This document shows, piece by piece, positions 1-12,353 of a DNA stretch of 64,000 nucleotides (its first letter is position 1; each line of letters opens with the position of its first letter). The DNA is from Spirogloea muscicola (lineage: Eukaryota): positions 1,196,999 to 1,260,998 of the forward strand of contig WELB01000001.1 of NCBI GenBank assembly GCA_009602725.1, in the 5' to 3' direction. Below the pieces are notes generated by a model. That model did no database searches. It was not told the DNA's origin and saw only the letters and a list, made by a program, of their open reading frames with translations. The translations under genes were made by a program, and so were the position numbers.

Positions 1-33
<33 letters not shown>

Positions 34-48
34 CGGCGGCGCCGGAGC

Positions 49-3000
49 ATGACTCACTGCGTGCTGGACTGGGACATGGCCGACAACGACGATGACATCG
101 GGGGGCATCCCGGCGATGGCTCCAAGGAGTTCTATGGCCTCCAGACGACGGTCAAGGGCAAGTGGGTGTCCATCCAGCACAGGAAGCCTTTCGCGGGGGG
201 CGCCGACCACCACAGGTGAACATCGCTGGCCATGCCATGGCCCTCCTGGCGCAGCGGCTGCGCCCGCCCTCAGTGGCGGCAACCTTGCAGCCGTGGCGGC
301 CGATGCGCTGCCATGGTCGTCTGTCTTCACGCGAGGCCGCAGAGGGCGGCAGTCCAGGGATTGGATTGCGAAGCGTGGGCAGCCTGGTGTATATGGCTCC
401 GGCGGCTGATGTGGTCTGTCTGTAGCAGTCGGTCAGCATGGCCGCGGCAGTCTGTCGGGAAGGAGCAGCAGAGGCTTCCGCCGTGGTGGCTAGGCTGCAA
501 CACTCCCAATGCCTTCCATAAGGTTTGGCGGTGCTTGATGTCGACTGTCCATCTGTGTCTTCCTTGCAGCAACCGGATCACTGTGCCTGAGATGCCACTG
601 GCGGACATCGCCGCCGCCGCTGCTGCCGCGCAACATCCGCCGCCGCCGCCCCCCATACCACGGGACGATGACATGGAAACGTGGCTGCAGTACCAGCTGG
701 TGGAGGACCCGTTTGAGCAGTCTTACTGTTCCGAGTTGTTCGGCGAGCTTCCGCCACCAAGCGCGGCTGTCGGCAAGGATGCGTTCTTGTCCACACAGGC
801 GCCTGTAATGGCTCCATCCGGGGCGGGCACCGCGTCGGCGTCGACATCCACCTGCTCTGATGGCAGCGGCGCCGTCGGAGGCGGGATGGCAGCTCCCAGC
901 CCCTCGTCGCGCGAGGCCACGGCGTCTGCCGCCATGGCGCTTGGCGCTCAGCGCGCCGCTGGCCTCATCTCGAGTTCTGGCGCCGAGGTGTTCCACCGAG
1001 TTCGCACAACAACGCACTCGGCAGTCCCGACGCCGCAGCCGCGGTGTGGCGGTGATGCAATGGCGGCCTCTCCGTCATTGGTCAAGGCCAAGAGCGGCAC
1101 AAGCAGCGAAGGCCTAGCCCCAGGGTCCATGGCTCCGCCAGCGCGTGCCTTGCCTCTCAACTTCTCCCACTTCTCGAGGCCGGCTGCCATCTATGGCCGT
1201 GCTCTACAGAGCTTCGGAGTGCCTGTGGCTGGCAGTGGCGGGCCGTCCAGTCGCTTCCGCAGTGGCGGCGGCGGGGGCGGTGCTGGGAACTCAGCCAAGG
1301 CAGCCTCGTCCAACTCATCCATGGCTGAGTCTACTATCATCAGCTCATCAAGCACCGAGCCCCTGAAGAGTGCCGGAGCTATGTCGTCAGAGCCTCAGGG
1401 TGGCGCAGGCGGCGGAGGTGGCGGGGTTACCGGCGGGGGTAGTGGCGGTGGTGGTGGTGGCGGCAGTGGTGCGGGAGGTGGGGGTGGCGGCGGCGGCAGT
1501 GGCGTTGGAGTTGCTGCGTTTAAGTCCTCAGAGCAGCAGGCTGGATCCAAGCGCAGCCGAGACTTCTCCTCCATGGATGCCGGGACACTCGAAGCCGGCG
1601 ACGCCGAGCCTTCCGAGGTGAGCTGCGGCGGCTTGCTGTGATGCATGCGGCCCGTCATGGCCCCACCATGGCTGCAGCACCATCCCAGCATGGGCTCTGT
1701 TTGTTGCACCCATGCTGATGGCACGCTGCCGATTGACAGTACGACGTTGACATGGATGCAGGACGTGGACGAGGATACATCAGATGTGAAGAAGCCAACT
1801 ACGTCGCGAGGTAACAGCAGCAGTGCTGCGAAGCGGAGCCGGGCCGCCGAAGTCCACAACCTGTCTGAGCGGGTGAGCATTGAGCGTTGGCTGCAGTCTT
1901 GCAGGCTCCAAATTATTATCAACAGCAGCCCGTGTCTGAAATGCTGCAGTATGTGGTGAAATTTGTAGTGAATCTGACTGCCGATGGCCTTGGCTCTGGG
2001 TGTGGGCAGCGGCGGCGGGACCGTATCAATGAGCGCATGAAGGCTCTGCAGGAACTCATACCCAATTCGAACAAGACGGATAAGGCCTCCATGCTGGATG
2101 AAGCCATAGAGTACCTCAAGATGCTCCAAGCACAGCTGCAGGTGTGCTCGGAGTTTCTGCTGCACCTCCACCACCATGGGTGCGCTGCTGAATCTGTTCC
2201 ATACTGTGCCTTGATCTGTTGGCGCTGACAGACAGAGGCCTGGTGTTGGTCGCTTTTGCTGCGACAGGTCATGTCCATGCGGAGTGGTATGGGCATCCCG
2301 CCAATGCTTATGCCAACCATGCCCATGGGAGCCATGGCGGGCATGGGCTTGTCAGGAGTGCCGGTGGGGCCCCTGGGCATGGGTCACATGCCACAGGGCC
2401 AGCCGCCCTCGTCGGTCGGGGTTTCACAAGTTGGCATGGGCCTCATGGAGGCCGGAGCTGTGCTGGGCCATCCACCACTTGGACCGCCTCCGTCGCAGCG
2501 TGGTGGCGGTGGTATGGTGGACATGGGCCAGCTCCGGGGGCCGCTGCGGGGCATGGATCCAGTGCAACCGCCCTTCGTGGACCTGGCGCACCTGCAGCGG
2601 GCTGGCATGGAGATGGACATGGCGGGGCCTTCTCCGCCGCCGGTGGCGACTGCCAGGCCTGCGGCGATGCACCATATGGTCATGGGCGGAAACAGTGGAG
2701 GCGGTGCAATGACCTCAGGGCCACCAAGGCCAATGGTGACCGGCTCCTTACCCTCGGCAGCAGCGGCCCGGCAGATGGCGGGCATGGTGGAGGCTGTACA
2801 TCGGCAGCAGCAGCAGGTGCTCAATGATGCCTCGAGGTCCACGTCGGGTTTGTCAGAGACTCCTTTACGTGGTGGCAGCGCCGGTGCTGGAGCTGCCGGC
2901 GTCGTGGACTCTCCCGGGCCGTTTTTCGCCCGCCACCAGCAGCTTCCGCAGGTGTGGCTTTAGCCCAGCCCGGCATCGCTCGTCCTTGGTATCAGCGAGC

Positions 3001-3151
3001 AGGCCACCTCGAGAGCAGCAGAAGCAGGCCACCTAGGCGCGGTCCATGGATTGCTCGCTGACGCTGCTAGCCTCGCCCCCTGGATTGCAGAGTTTGAATC
3101 TGGATGTGTACGGCGCATACCTTATGCATCACCAGCAGCAGCAGGCGCAGC

Positions 3152-3207
<56 letters not shown>

Positions 3208-3384
3208 CAGCATCAGCAGCAGCAGCAGCTGCAGCAGCAACAGCAGCATGGCAGCGCCAAGCTGCACCACTTGGTGAGTGAGAGCAGACACTACATCCCC
3301 CTCCCCCTTAGCTGGCTATTGCTTTGTTTGCCGCTACGCACCTTCAGCCTTTGGCATGAGCAGATGCCTCAAGTTGGATGCTGA
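49..3384 (+). CDS. PIF: Phytochrome-interacting-factor-like bHLH transcription factor (subfamily VIIa). Exons 49-215, 570-1617, 1762-1872, 2010-2141, 2268-2951, 3091-(3273 or 3384); last exon and stop uncertain
   Basis: N-terminus MTHCVLDWD; motif [27 protein letters not shown]-like [11 protein letters not shown]; spliced b[65 protein letters not shown]. All GT-AG junctions are phase-compatible. Confidence 0.92.
3133..3250 (+). repeat. CAG trinucleotide tract encoding poly-Gln in the PIF C-terminal exon
   Basis: Near-pure (CAG)n run with a few CAT/GCG/CGG/CTG/CAA interruptions, in frame with exon 6. Confidence 0.9.
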
Positions 3385-4311
3385 TGGCATCGCGCTCACC
3401 TCCTGTCCCTGCAGTAAGAGTGGTTGCTACGGCACGCGAATGTCTCGCCTCCTTCCCCCTCTGCTCGCCTCCTTCCCCCTCTACTTCCACACCCTGCCAG
3501 CGCCATCACCACGACGTGCATCTCCACGCACCATGAACTGCCATCCTCCATCCTCCTCACCATGTAAGTTGGGAGACTGGTTTCGTACTTTGTGTGACGA
3601 GCATCCAGAGCTCTGCACCTCGTGCCCCTCGGGCCAGGAGCGCAGCAAGTGGCCCACCCCAATTCTTTTCCTAGTCCCCTTGGACAGTACGCCGTTCATG
3701 GCCAGCCCTCCATCGCGCTCTCGCTTCCCTTCCTCTCACCCGGCGAGCACGCAATTGAGGGGCGGCAGTGGGGCATATCTGCCAGAGTCTTCTGTGAAGC
3801 ACCTAGTTGCTGGCCTTTGCGGCAATCTTCACTTGATCTGTAGCATACATCTCGGTGAGAGTGGGTTGCTGGCGATGACCATCAACCCACCAGCCTATCA
3901 GTAGCACAGCTCCTGCGAAGAGCTTCCCAAACCGCCAGACTGTCTCCCGCTGCTATATTTGCTTGGGCATAACCAGGACTCTATATGTAGCGCGCCACTC
4001 AGTCAGCGCCGTCTTCTCACCAAGCACTTGTATATTCACACCGCTGATTCCTTAGCCAGCAGCCAGCTTCTCATATAAGGGCTAAAGCAATCTGTTGGAT
4101 CAGCACTGCTCGCAATTGGGATGCAGTGGCTAGGTGGGGCATGCCGGCCTGAAGATTGTTCTGCATGCTACAAGTGCCTGTGCACCAGACTGGTGCAGGC
4201 TAATATAAAGCAAGCGGCGTGCTGCTGGGACTATTTCCTAGTATGCAGTCAGGATCTTATGGCCTCAGTGTTAGGAATGTTACTACCTTCACCATTTCCG
4301 TACCCTCCATT

Positions 4312-5240
4312 TCATCCAGGAAGTTGCATGTTGTATGCCATTGCGGACTTCAGTCTTGATAAATCGTGTCTATGGACTTTCTCAATCGTGTTATCTGGAG
4401 AAACATCTGAGTCTCTCTCAATCGTGGAATCTGGTTCTCTCCCAATAAAGGAATATGGGTCAATCTCGCCAACAACAGGACTTTTGGTAATGTCTGAAGC
4501 AGCGTGTTGAGACATCTCACTATAACAAATGCGGATTCGTCCCTGGCACTTCAACAGGCGGTTTGCTTTGTCAAGAAGGCCAGGTTGTAGCAGCAGCCCA
4601 AGATGAGCGCACAGTTAGCTGCAGCTCGCAAGCAGGCTGCACCAAAGGCCAAGCAGCTGTCGGCTGCTAGACAGTCGCCCCCCTGACGCGGCTGCGCCAG
4701 CAGCAACGGTGTTGGGGTGCATGGGCCATGTTCTGTGCTGAGAGACTCCAAGCACCGAGCACGGAGCCCAAGAGGCCTGGCCGCCGCCTCAGTTGCACGA
4801 CGCCCGGGGCTTGCACGACGCCGCGGCCTTTGGTCCGCCCTCACAGCCGAAGCCTCACGGCCGCCGCTCTGCCCTCTTCGCTGGCCCCTTCAGCCTCTCC
4901 CGGCGACCCTTCCAGGAGAGGTGGTGGCGCTGCCTCCATTGCGCGCTCCTTGGCCGCCACCTCCGGCCCCTGCTCCGCCCGTGCCTCCGCCGCCCCGACG
5001 GCAGCCGCCCATTTGGCCACACGAGCGTCCCGAGTCCCCCATACTCACCGCCGCGGCCTCGGAGGTCCGGCCGTCTCCGCGCCCGCCGTCGCCGTCAAAG
5101 CGGCTCGCCGCGAGCCGGAGGCGACGAGCGACATGCCAGCGTGGGTGGCGGCTCCCACAAAGGAGAGCAGCCGCCAGACGGCCTCTCAGAGCCTCCTCGT
5201 CAGGAGCCTGAGCCTCACCGCCAGCCAGCGGCGACGGCAT
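4312..5240 (-). CDS. Possible small uncharacterised spliced gene, divergent from the UBC gene
   Basis: ATG at 5240 (MPSPLAGGEAQAPDEEALRG...) after a GCC-rich leader, a GTGAGT donor at 5048, and a protein-like ORF at 4312-4520 (SQHAASDITKSPVVGEIDPYSF...). The exons could not be joined in phase. Confidence 0.25.
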
Positions 5241-5245
5241 CGAGC

Positions 5246-5282
<37 letters not shown>

Positions 5283-5540
5283 GAGCAATCTCGACCTAAT
5301 TGCGGAGCCCTAGGAGAGCCCACGGGAGCCCGGCGCCCTAACCCTAGGCACGTCAGCCGTCGCCGCCGCCGCCGCCGCCGCCNNNNNNNNNNNNNNNNNN
5401 NNNNNNNNNNNNNNNNNNNNNNNNNNNNNNNNNNNNNNNNNNNNNNNNNNNNNNNNNNNNNNNNNNNNNNNNNNNNNNNNNNNNNNNNNNNNNNNNNNNN
5501 NNNNNNNNNNNNNNNNNNNNNNNNNNNNNNNNNNNNNNNN

Positions 5541-5664
<124 letters not shown>

Positions 5665-5719
5665 CCGAGGCGCCGGGCTGCTGCCCGGCGGCGGCAGCGG
5701 CGGGGGCGGCGGCGCTGCG

Positions 5720-7631
5720 ATGAGCACGTCGAGCCCGCAGAAGGTGAGCGGCGGCGCTGGGGAGGGTGCCACTGCCGAGACGGCTGCGGCAACGGCAGCG
5801 GCAGCTGCGGCGCCTTCCGCGGCCAGAACCTCCGTGGAGTCCAGACGCAGGCCCCGGAGTCTCCTGCGGGAGGCCAGTGGCATCAGATGGGACCTTCACG
5901 CTGCGCTGCACCGTTCGGCGCAGCCCGGAGAGAGCGGCGAGGGCACCCCTCTTGCGCGGCGCTAGCTGCGGCCCGCACGACAGCGATCAGGCTGCTGCCA
6001 GTGCGCAGCATGCGGATGTCCATAGCAGCAGCAGCGCATCACCTTGCATTTGGCTTTCGTTTGCTTGCGGTTCTGATTTGGGTTTGTGCCGGTCGCTGTG
6101 TTGCTCCGTGCTGCAGGCGCTGAGCAGGATCGCAGCCAACCGCCTGCAGAAGGAGCTCGTGGAGTGGCAGGTCAACCCCCCAGCCGGCTTCCAGCACAGG
6201 GTGACCGACAACCTCCAGAGGTGAGGCCGATCCGAGGAGTGGGCTCTGCGGACCTCTGCTCCATATGCCATGTGGAGCCCATGTCTCAGCCATTTCAGAG
6301 CACATCAAGCGCACGCCATTAGAGAATCTTGTTTGCGCTTGTCAGCATGCAGCCGACATAGCCCCTCTTATTGCGCTCTTCATTGCGGCTCATGCAATAC
6401 CTAGGCTACGTGCATGTGCTCTTTGAGACAGTTCAGGTCACTTGTTCTTGTAAACTCCGGTTGGGGCTGTTGAGTTCCTGTTTCCATCTAGCTGACTTTG
6501 TAATAACCTGAAACTCATCGCTGTGGATGTGCTCTGCTAGATGGATCATTGACGTTGTTGGAGCGCCCGGCACCTTGTATAGCAATGAGCAGTTCCACTT
6601 GCAGGTGGACTTTCCAGAGCACTACCCCATGGAGGCTCCTCAGGTGCTCATCTGAAGCTCAACTTGAATTTTGGATCTTGAACCTTCTTCCTTTCTGTTA
6701 CCTTAGCCCCCCTGTGCATAGGTCTTCGCTTATGTAGCTCAATTATGCGCACTAGCTATTGCCTTGACCAGTGAATTGGCTCGATTTGGCAACCCTGTCA
6801 TCAGGCACCCTGCGTGCCTTTTCTCTCCTTCAATCAGAATCTGAGCTGTCATCTTCGTCAGCAGTGCTCATTGTGCTTCTGTATGACAATCTTTTGTTGC
6901 ACGTGCTGCAAGCTTGGGATGCAGATTGCATTGCAGTCCAGTCACAATCACAAAGAAGTCACATCTTGTGCAGGTCATCTTTGTTCAGAATCCACCACTT
7001 CATCCTCACATCTACAGCAATGGTCACATCTGCCTGGGTATGTGACTTTGTCAGATGCTATGGCCATTTTCCCACTACACAACTGGTGGCTGCTCAGTTG
7101 CTGCAGCTTGCTGATGCGCGATTCCGTCATGTCCACCTTGTGCAGTCCACCACATGGCTTCTTGCACACAGGCTGAGCTTGTAGATGGAAAGATACCTGC
7201 CTTGGCAAGTGCATAGTATGCATACATATATGACAATGCTTGCATGTTGGCCTCTGAGCAGACATATTGTATGATTCATGGTCACCAGCCATGACAGTGA
7301 GCTCAATCTGCATCAGCATCTTGTCAATGCTGTCCAGTGCCACCGTCAAGGTCAGAGCCTCTTGCCTGGGCATTTGCCAAAGACTGCAGAATGTGTGGCA
7401 TGTAGATGCGCGTACAACAGGGCGTGTGCTTGGGCCGCATCAGGCATGTCTTCTTTTCCCACCCAGCATGGTCCAGATTGTTTGTCTTTAAATGCATCAT
7501 TGACACATCCATGTCTCCGCACTCTGGTCCTACAGATGCGACCGCCAGATAATGACCGATATGTGAAAAATTGCCGGCATGGGCGATCACCGAAGGAGAC
7601 TCGATGGTGGTTCCATGATGACACTGTTTGA
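5720..7631 (+). CDS. UBC16: Ubiquitin-conjugating enzyme E2, UBE2W / plant UBC15-18 type. Exons 5720-5743, 6117-6220, 6541-6643, 6974-7037, 7262-7350, 7536-7631
   Basis: Spliced product MSTSSPQK/ALSRIAANRLQKELVEWQ...[38 protein letters not shown]...RSPKETRWWFHDDTV*; catalytic Cys in GHICL; WWFHDD C-terminus typical of UBE2W. Confidence 0.95.
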
Positions 7632-8974
7632 TAATGGCTCGCTCCTGAGGTTCAATGCTGCAGGAGCAACTATACACCTGCCAGAGCACTTGCTAACACT
7701 AATCACTTGGTAGATTTTGTTTGAGACTCATTTAGCTCCCAAAAGGGCAGGAGCTGTACCTGCCTGCAAAAGCAACCCTATTACTTACGTGCTGTGGTAC
7801 GTCAATCGCTGGCTAGCACTTGGGTCTTGGTGTAGTGCAATGTGCGCATTGACGTGCTTAGATTACGAGGACCTGGCAGGCACATGGTTGATCAGGGATC
7901 CCATGACTGACCTGTGCATATGTAGAGATGGCTGGGAGGGCTCTTAAGCCGCAAGGCCTGGGCATGGTCAAGGGTTCCATCAGGGGCTGGCCAAAAAGGG
8001 GGTTATGTGTAGTGCATCAGGCCGCTTGGAGCCCGCAGGCAGCAAGGTTGTTCCTGCATGCGCGGGCCATGGAGTCATGAGCATGAGAAGACGTGGGTTC
8101 TGCTCTTACAGTCCTCTTGAAGTAAGATGGTGCTGGTAAGCAAAGACGTCTGAGTTGTCAGGATATGATGCTTTTCCTGGGCCTAGATGTGGAGCGTTTC
8201 TTGGGGTTCTTGCCTCAGGTTGCAGAGAGTCAAGGAGTGGCTCCACAGCGGGGCCAGAGGTGGTGAGTGCCAATCCAAGTGACTCCATCAGGTGTGGAAA
8301 AAGAAGCACTGACAGTGGTGCTCCTCCAGCTCTTGCAAACAGTGGGCCATGGACGGGCAGCACGAGAGGAACACACCGGGCGCGATTGGAGAGGGTAAGA
8401 TGCGGGTGTGGGCTGGCCTTTCACAGCTACTTGGGCTCTACTGAGCGGCCATCCTTGCTTGTCTCCCTGCGTTCTATCCGCTTCCCGTTTCTTGTACACA
8501 CTTGTCATTCGTTTGTGGGCTGGCCCTTGCGTAGCCCTCGCCCCCCTTGGAACGTAGCTGCTTGTTTCCTAGCCTGGTGGCTCCGTCATGAACACCTGTA
8601 TGCATCTGGCTGGCCTCTTACAGCCGCTCTTGGAATACCAGCAGCCGCATTGATTTCATTTCTGTTCCCGGCCTGGAGAGGACGAACGTTGCATGACAGC
8701 CCCTTTCCGAGATTGCCAGTCCCAGACAATGTAGTACGGCGTGGGATGTGCGCATCGCAGCACGGCCTCCGACCTGCTGCTCCGGCTGATCGCTGAGCGC
8801 CCTCGGCATGCACCTGGCTGGCTTTCAAAGCCGGTCTGATGATATCAGCAGCAGCATCCTGATCTGATCGCTGGGAAGCAGGTCCTGATCAGGCCGGCCG
8901 TAGGGCCCTTGCTGAGCCAAGGCCAGCTCCTCGGACACGCCGCAACCCAGCAAGGCCCGCGCGACGCGGCGGCC

Positions 8975-9005
<31 letters not shown>

Positions 9006-9006
9006 A

Positions 9007-11495
9007 ATGGCGGCGGCGGCGGCGGCGGAGGCGCGGCCCGTGTACCTGGACTACAACGCCACAACGCCTATCGGTGAGCTCCGAGCGCGCCATGGCGATG
9101 GAGCCATGGCCGAGGAAGCGGCGGCCCAGCGGTGCGTGACGGCCGGCTCGGCTCGGCCCTCGCCCGCTGGCGGCGCGCAGACCCGGAGGTCGCGCAGGCC
9201 ATGCTGCCGTTCCTACACGGCGGCTTCGGGAACCCGTCCAGCGGGCACGCGTACGGGCGCGAGGCTCGCGCCGCCGTGAGCCGCGCCCGGGCCTCCGTGG
9301 CAGCCCTCGTCGGCTGCGACGCCGACGAGGTGACGGCCCTCGCAGCTTCGCCCTCGCAGCCTACGCGCCGTCTCCTGCATGTCAGGCCACTGGCCAGGGT
9401 CCACCATGCAGGGGCCGAGAAGCCAGGCCCCAGGATATGGGATCAGCTCAGGGATCAGGGGCTGCAGGGGCACAGCTGACCTCTGAGCTGTCTTGAACCC
9501 CGGACTCCAGTCCCAGGCTCTGAACGCTGGTCTCCGAGCTTGGGACCTGCGAGCGCTGTTCACCCACCTGGACGTAGCGCAGTGTCGTCAATCAGTCAGT
9601 CGCTCAGCTGACGCGTTAAGCACTCTGCGTGTGGAGTACGGTCGTAAGACCGAAATTGAGTACGTCTTGCAGTCGTCCGTGTTGCCCTCCTGTCTCGCTC
9701 ATATAGCCCATCTGCTGCAGGTCTTCTTCACGTCCGGCGGCACCGAGTCCAACAACTGGGCGCTCGCAGGGGCCGCCCGGGCCCACCGGGGCCCTCGCGC
9801 CCACCTCGTCGTGTCGGCCGTTGAGCACCCCGCCGTGGCGGAGGTGGCGGCCCACCTCGCGCGCGACGAGGGCTGCGCTGTCTCCGTCGTCCCTGTCGAC
9901 AGGCAAGGCCTCGTGGACGCCGGCGCCGTCTTGTCCGCCGTCTCTGAGAAGACCGTCCTCGTGTCTATCAGTGAGCCCGTGCATCCCCTGCTCTGGCCAG
10001 GGCCTCGTCGCAGCAGTGACAGCAACACTGTGGCTCTGCCGACGGGCCTACTTCTGGAAGTTTGATTCATCGGCTGCCTGTGTCTCTCGTTGCAGTCCAT
10101 GCAAACAACGAGGTGGGCTCTGTACAGCCTATACGAGCTATTGCTGAGGCGGTGAGACCCAGAGGCGTTTTGGTCCACACAGACGCCAGCCAGTCCCTGG
10201 GCAAGGTCCCGATTGACTGGGCTGAGCTCGGCGTGGACCTACTATCAATAGCCGGCCACAAGGTGCCCTGCCGTGATGTCCTTTGTCGTACATGTATTCA
10301 CTTGTTGATCCAAGGCTGACTTTAAATCTTCTGTGTGCGTTGTGTACGTCAAGAGTGATCACTCTTAGCTACTGCTACTACGGTGCTTAGCTTACACGAC
10401 GTTTTTGTTCATTGCTTTAAATGGACCTGGAGTGAACTTGCAGAGGCTAAGAAGCTTAACCTGGGGATTTGAGGAGTCATTGCTTGCTACAATGAGGTCA
10501 GAGCAGCAATTGTAATCACTTGGGCCGTAGATGTGCAGTGATGGTTTGGTGGAAGTCCATTAAGCCAGCCTGACATGCAAGGTGACGAGGTGCCGTCGCA
10601 GATCTATGCTCCCAAGGGCGTTGGAGCCCTGATCGTTCGCAAAGGCGTCAAGATCCACAATCTCTTGCATGGTGCCGGGCACGAATGTGGTATGCGTGCC
10701 GGCACTGAGAGCGTCCTCCTTATTGTTGGCCTCGGCAAGGTGAGCCCTGCTCGGCAATTGAAGGGCTCTGAGCCTCTCGTTTACTGCGGCGCCAAGGACA
10801 GTTGAGGAGCTAGCTATTGACTCACAATGTGCCTATTTATCATGATTATACGGTGGGCTGCAGTCACTCAGAAATTATTTTTGTTGGCCAATGATGCATT
10901 GTTTATATGATGCTATTGTTGGTGGTCTGTACAGGCTTGTGAGCTTGCAATAAAGTACATGGAGAGAGATCTTGCACACATGCAGAATATGAAGGAAAGG
11001 CTACTGAAGGGCTTGCTGCACGAGCTTGTGCCCAAACAAGTTGCAATGTGCATCAACAGTCCGCAGGAGCCTTCCCTATGTTTGCCGAACACATTGAGGT
11101 GGGTGAGCTCAGCAACTCTTGCAGCTATGCTCGCCAATCGGATGCTTCAACTTGCTCTAGCAATTTTTCTCCTCAAGAGAGTTACCCAAGGAGCAACCTG
11201 ACAGCAAGCTAGCATGCTACTGAATCAACCGGCGAATTTTATCTTGCCTTGCAGCATCTCATTCGCAAATATTGACCAAGGAAAGCTTCTTGATCAAGTC
11301 CTTCCAGAGGTGGCGTGCAGCGCTGGATCTGCCTGCCATTCTGGCCATTACAGCATCTCCCCTGTATTGGTCGCAATGAATGTACCTCAACATCTAGCTC
11401 AATGCACGCTCCGACTTTCTACTGGTCGATATACAACCGAAGACGAAGTAGATTTGGCAATTACCACCATTGCTCGAGCTGTTCTGAGCTTGTAG
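9007..11495 (+). CDS. Group I NifS-like cysteine desulfurase / selenocysteine-lyase-like PLP enzyme. Exons 9007-9073, 9181-9329, 9721-9970, 10096-10262, 10602-10739, 10935-11098, 11255-11495
   Basis: [53 protein letters not shown] (PLP Lys), RAGTES and SAGSACHS (catalytic Cys). Confidence 0.92.
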
Positions 11496-12353
11496 CCACT
11501 TCAGGTGATTTATTCTGGTTGCATAATCATATTTGCACTGCAAATACCGGCTGTCAGCTGACGCCCTCTAGAGCAGAACGATGTGAGAGCATCCACTGCC
11601 TGAATCCGAATGGAAAATGTTAAGCTTGAGCTTGGGGTAGCTAACATTGGAAATTCACAAGGGTTGCCTCTTCTGCTTTCTGCTAATGAGAGCAACTGAA
11701 TGTTGAGCTTCTCGCTGGAGGCCTCTGGTAAATTTATGTAGAAGCATGAAGTGGACACCATCATATGCACTCGGCTGCCTTCAACAGGCTTTATTCAATG
11801 TCAGAAGCTACTCATCGTACATTCACAGTGGGCATTGGTGACAAGCCGCAGTAGCCAACTTTCCGGGCCAACTATAGTAGAAGTGCTTGGCCAGTCACTG
11901 TGTGTTGGCCACAGTTCTATGTACATCGGCTCCTCCGGGTGTCAAGCTCTGTAAAGATACTTCCGACATTCTAGATGTCTCCTGTTGCTACACGTGTGGT
12001 ACAGGTTGCATGCTTTTGCTTTGGGCTGAATGTTGGGTTGACAAGAAGATGCATGCGAACATGCAGTGAAGGCTGGAGCAAACTTACTGTCATTTGCCCT
12101 TTCCCTCAAATACTTAACATTCCAGTGACGACGGGGGTGTCAAGATCATGCTCGTTAAGCACAGCAAAATCAACAGCAATGACAATGATACCTACAGTAC
12201 CCGTTGGAAATACAGATGATAGAAATGGTGCAATTGCAAGGACTGCCAAATTCGTTAGACATACAACTTTCTGGTCAAGGTTGCGGCCGAATCAATATCA
12301 CGAGTAAACTCGCGAACAATAGTACGCAAAGCTTCCCTACTGGCCTACTAGTC

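Noticed and set aside
1395..2842. Antisense ORFs over the PIF gene, and similar ones over the P5A and GHR exons
   Set aside because: Shadow ORFs of GC-rich coding exons.
5337..5348. TAACCCTAG (also AACCCTAG at ~30633) as telomeric sequence
   Set aside because: Single units only; at most telo-box-like promoter motifs.
9007..12300. In-frame UGA-Sec codon or SECIS element near the Sec-lyase-like gene
   Set aside because: The spliced ORF has no in-frame TGA, and I could not identify a SECIS by eye.
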